Assembly (NCBI GenBank): GCA_043813605.1
Contig: JBDRKX010000015.1
Location: 1-27,922, forward strand
Source: Elusimicrobiota bacterium
GTDB lineage: Bacteria > CG03 > SLGR01 > JBDRKX01
DNA: 27,922 nt
Reading direction: 5' to 3'
A program made the position numbers and the translations under genes. The notes below the pieces were generated by a model. It was not told the DNA's origin. It saw only the letters and a list, made by a program, of their open reading frames with translations, and searched no databases. Below are positions 26,356-27,922 of the stretch, one piece after another (the stretch's first letter is position 1; the number at the start of each line of letters is the position of its first letter).

Positions 26356-27771
26356 ATGGAAAACAAAGAAATACAGAATTTATTTAATCATAAAGAATCA
26401 GATATCCAGGAGTTTAAAAAATCTACAGGAGAATGTAAAGAAATAATTAAGACCATTGGGGCTTTCAGCAATACTCACGGCGGGAAAATAATTATAGGCG
26501 TTTCGGATTCGGGCAAATTGCCCGGTGTAAAAATAGGCAAAGATACTATTGAGCGGCTTACCAATGAAATTTCTCAGAATACCGACCCCAAAGTTCATCC
26601 GCGCATAAGCGTAGAAAAAATAAATGAGAAAAATGTAATTGTTATAGCGGTGAAAGAATCTCCTGACCATTTGATGCTGGCCTTCGGCAGGCCTTATAAA
26701 CGAGTGGGCAAGTCCACTGTAAGAGTGAGCAAGGATGAATATGAAAATCTGATTTTAGAAAAGCATAAAGAAAAATTGCGCTTTGATTCTCGGATTTGTA
26801 AAGGCGCTTCATTAAAATATATTGATAAGGAAAGAGTAAAATGGTTTCTAAAAGAGGGAAAAAGGCAGGGTAGACTTAATATGTCAATAGATACTCCCGT
26901 AAGAGAAGTTCTGATAAGATTAAAATTATTAACAAATGGCAAGTTGCAGAATAGCGCTTTTCTATTATTTGGAAAAAATACCGAACAATTCTTTTTACAA
27001 TCAGAAACAAAATGTATTTTATTATCAACCCCCATGTTTACGAAACCATATGAAAGCTATCAAACATACTCAGGCAATTTATTTGAGCAAGTCGAGAAAG
27101 CCACAATCTTTATTCTTGATAATATCAAGAAATCTTTATGGATCGAGCCTGGGAAAATAGCGGCAAATTCAAGTTACGAGATACCACGGGAAGCGGTAAG
27201 AGAGGCTTTGGTGAATGCGATTGTCCATAGAGATTATTTTTCACCTTCAAAAGTTCAGGTCAGAATATTTCCTGATAGAATTGAGATTTGGAATCCAGGA
27301 GGATTACCTTCTCAATTGCAGATTGCAGATTTAAAAAAATTTCATCCTTCTATTCCCTGCAATCCCGTTATTTTTAGACAGTTTTATCGGGTTGGTTATG
27401 TGGAAGATGTAGGCGGAGGCACGACCGATATTGTTGAGGGCTGTAAAAAAGCGGGTTTATTAGAGCCTGAGTTTAAACAAAAAATGGGTTTCTTTATTAT
27501 TGAAATCAAACGTTCTATTCTTAATGATGAGGTTTTGAAAGGATTTGACCTGCATGAGAGACAGAGTAAAACTGTTAAACACATTGCTAAGTATGGGAAA
27601 ATGACACGAGGCGAATATGAAAAGTTACTACTTGTATCGTCAAGAACCGCAAGTAGAGAATTACAAGAATTGTGTAAGAAAGGATTAATTAAAAAGAAAG
27701 GAAAGGGGCCTTCGGTGCATTATGTTATGGCGAGATATGGCGAGATATGGCGAGATAAAAAGAAAATATGA
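26356..27771 (+). CDS. Schlafen/AlbA_2 domain plus HATPase_c_4 ('RecG C-terminal-like') plus winged-helix protein
   Basis: ESDIQEFKKS, AFSNTHGGKIIIGVSDSG, YKRVGKST, REALVNAIVHRDY, RIEIWNPGGL, C-terminal HTH (TASRELQEL..KGLI); start 26350 (TTG) or 26356 (ATG). Confidence 0.88.
   Translation: MENKEIQNLFNHKESDIQEFKKSTGECKEIIKTIGAFSNTHGGKIIIGVSDSGKLPGVKIGKDTIERLTNEISQNTDPKVHPRISVEKINEKNVIVIAVKESPDHLMLAFGRPYKRVGKSTVRVSKDEYENLILEKHKEKLRFDSRICKGASLKYIDKERVKWFLKEGKRQGRLNMSIDTPVREVLIRLKLLTNGKLQNSAFLLFGKNTEQFFLQSETKCILLSTPMFTKPYESYQTYSGNLFEQVEKATIFILDNIKKSLWIEPGKIAANSSYEIPREAVREALVNAIVHRDYFSPSKVQVRIFPDRIEIWNPGGLPSQLQIADLKKFHPSIPCNPVIFRQFYRVGYVEDVGGGTTDIVEGCKKAGLLEPEFKQKMGFFIIEIKRSILNDEVLKGFDLHERQSKTVKHIAKYGKMTRGEYEKLLLVSSRTASRELQELCKKGLIKKKGKGPSVHYVMARYGEIWRDKKKI
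27726..27757 (+). repeat. Perfect 10-bp tandem repeat (TATGGCGAGA x3.2) in the 3' end of the Schlafen gene
   Basis: tatggcgaga tatggcgaga tatggcgaga ta. Confidence 0.95.
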
Positions 27772-27823
27772 ATTATGCTGGTGATGAAAAAGTTTTTATT
27801 TCCAAAAATTTATTCTTTTCCGC

Positions 27824-27866
27824 TTGACAGAATAACCGGATTTGATACAATGTTCAAAATATGAAC
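27824..27866 (+). promoter_or_regulatory. sigma70 promoter with a single GTTCA-N5-TGAAC palindrome
   Basis: TTGACA 27824-29, N16, TACAAT 27846-51, GTTCA-aaata-TGAAC 27852-66. Confidence 0.75.
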
Positions 27867-27922
27867 GATACGATAGATATGACGGAAAACGAATATAAGC
27901 TGCTTTCGGCAGGCCCTACAGG
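27861..27922 (+). CDS. Partial ORF running off the window, possibly the head of another MarR-like regulator
   Basis: MNDTIDMTENEYKLLSAGPT..; weak resemblance to MDKISAKEHKVI and the same promoter/operator layout. Confidence 0.35.
   Translation, partial: MNDTIDMTENEYKLLSAGPT

Noticed and set aside
19388..27922. Prophage, integron or IS as the explanation of the patchwork
   Set aside because: No integrase, transposase, phage gene, attC-like array or tRNA is visible in the window

Overview
Bacterial chromosomal window from a diderm (LPS-producing) organism. The gene order is reminiscent of Elusimicrobiota-like lineages, but that is inference only. Bases 301-19391 are a tightly coupled housekeeping superoperon on the + strand: hldA/rfaE1, kdsB, pyrG, kdsA, a small Zn-ribbon membrane ORF, kdsD, kdsC, a lipid A acyltransferase, lptC, lptA, lptB, hpf, ptsN, hprK, rapZ, mannose-family PTS EIIA/B/C/D, HPr, ptsI, lepA, lepB and a ROK kinase. 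rpoN is missing from its usual slot. From about 19388 to the end is the heavily patched start of a surface-polysaccharide locus (MarR/wHTH regulator, SDR epimerase, gmd). It is interleaved with accessory genes: two AAA_14/DUF4143-type ATPases, nucleotidyltransferase plus small-protein pairs, and a Schlafen/AlbA-HATPase-wHTH protein. Structure beyond the ORF list: (i) each ATPase lies between two copies of a neighbouring host-gene terminus (a 120-bp promoter plus regulator head; an 84-bp synonymously diverged gmd tail), with no recombinase in view; (ii) two short palindromic inserts sit exactly in ATGA stop/start overlaps, duplicate 4 bp, and each forms an open mini-ORF that re-creates the coupling; (iii) a GTTCA-N5-TGAAC operator is found at three promoters; (iv) several gene fragments remain at the junctions.
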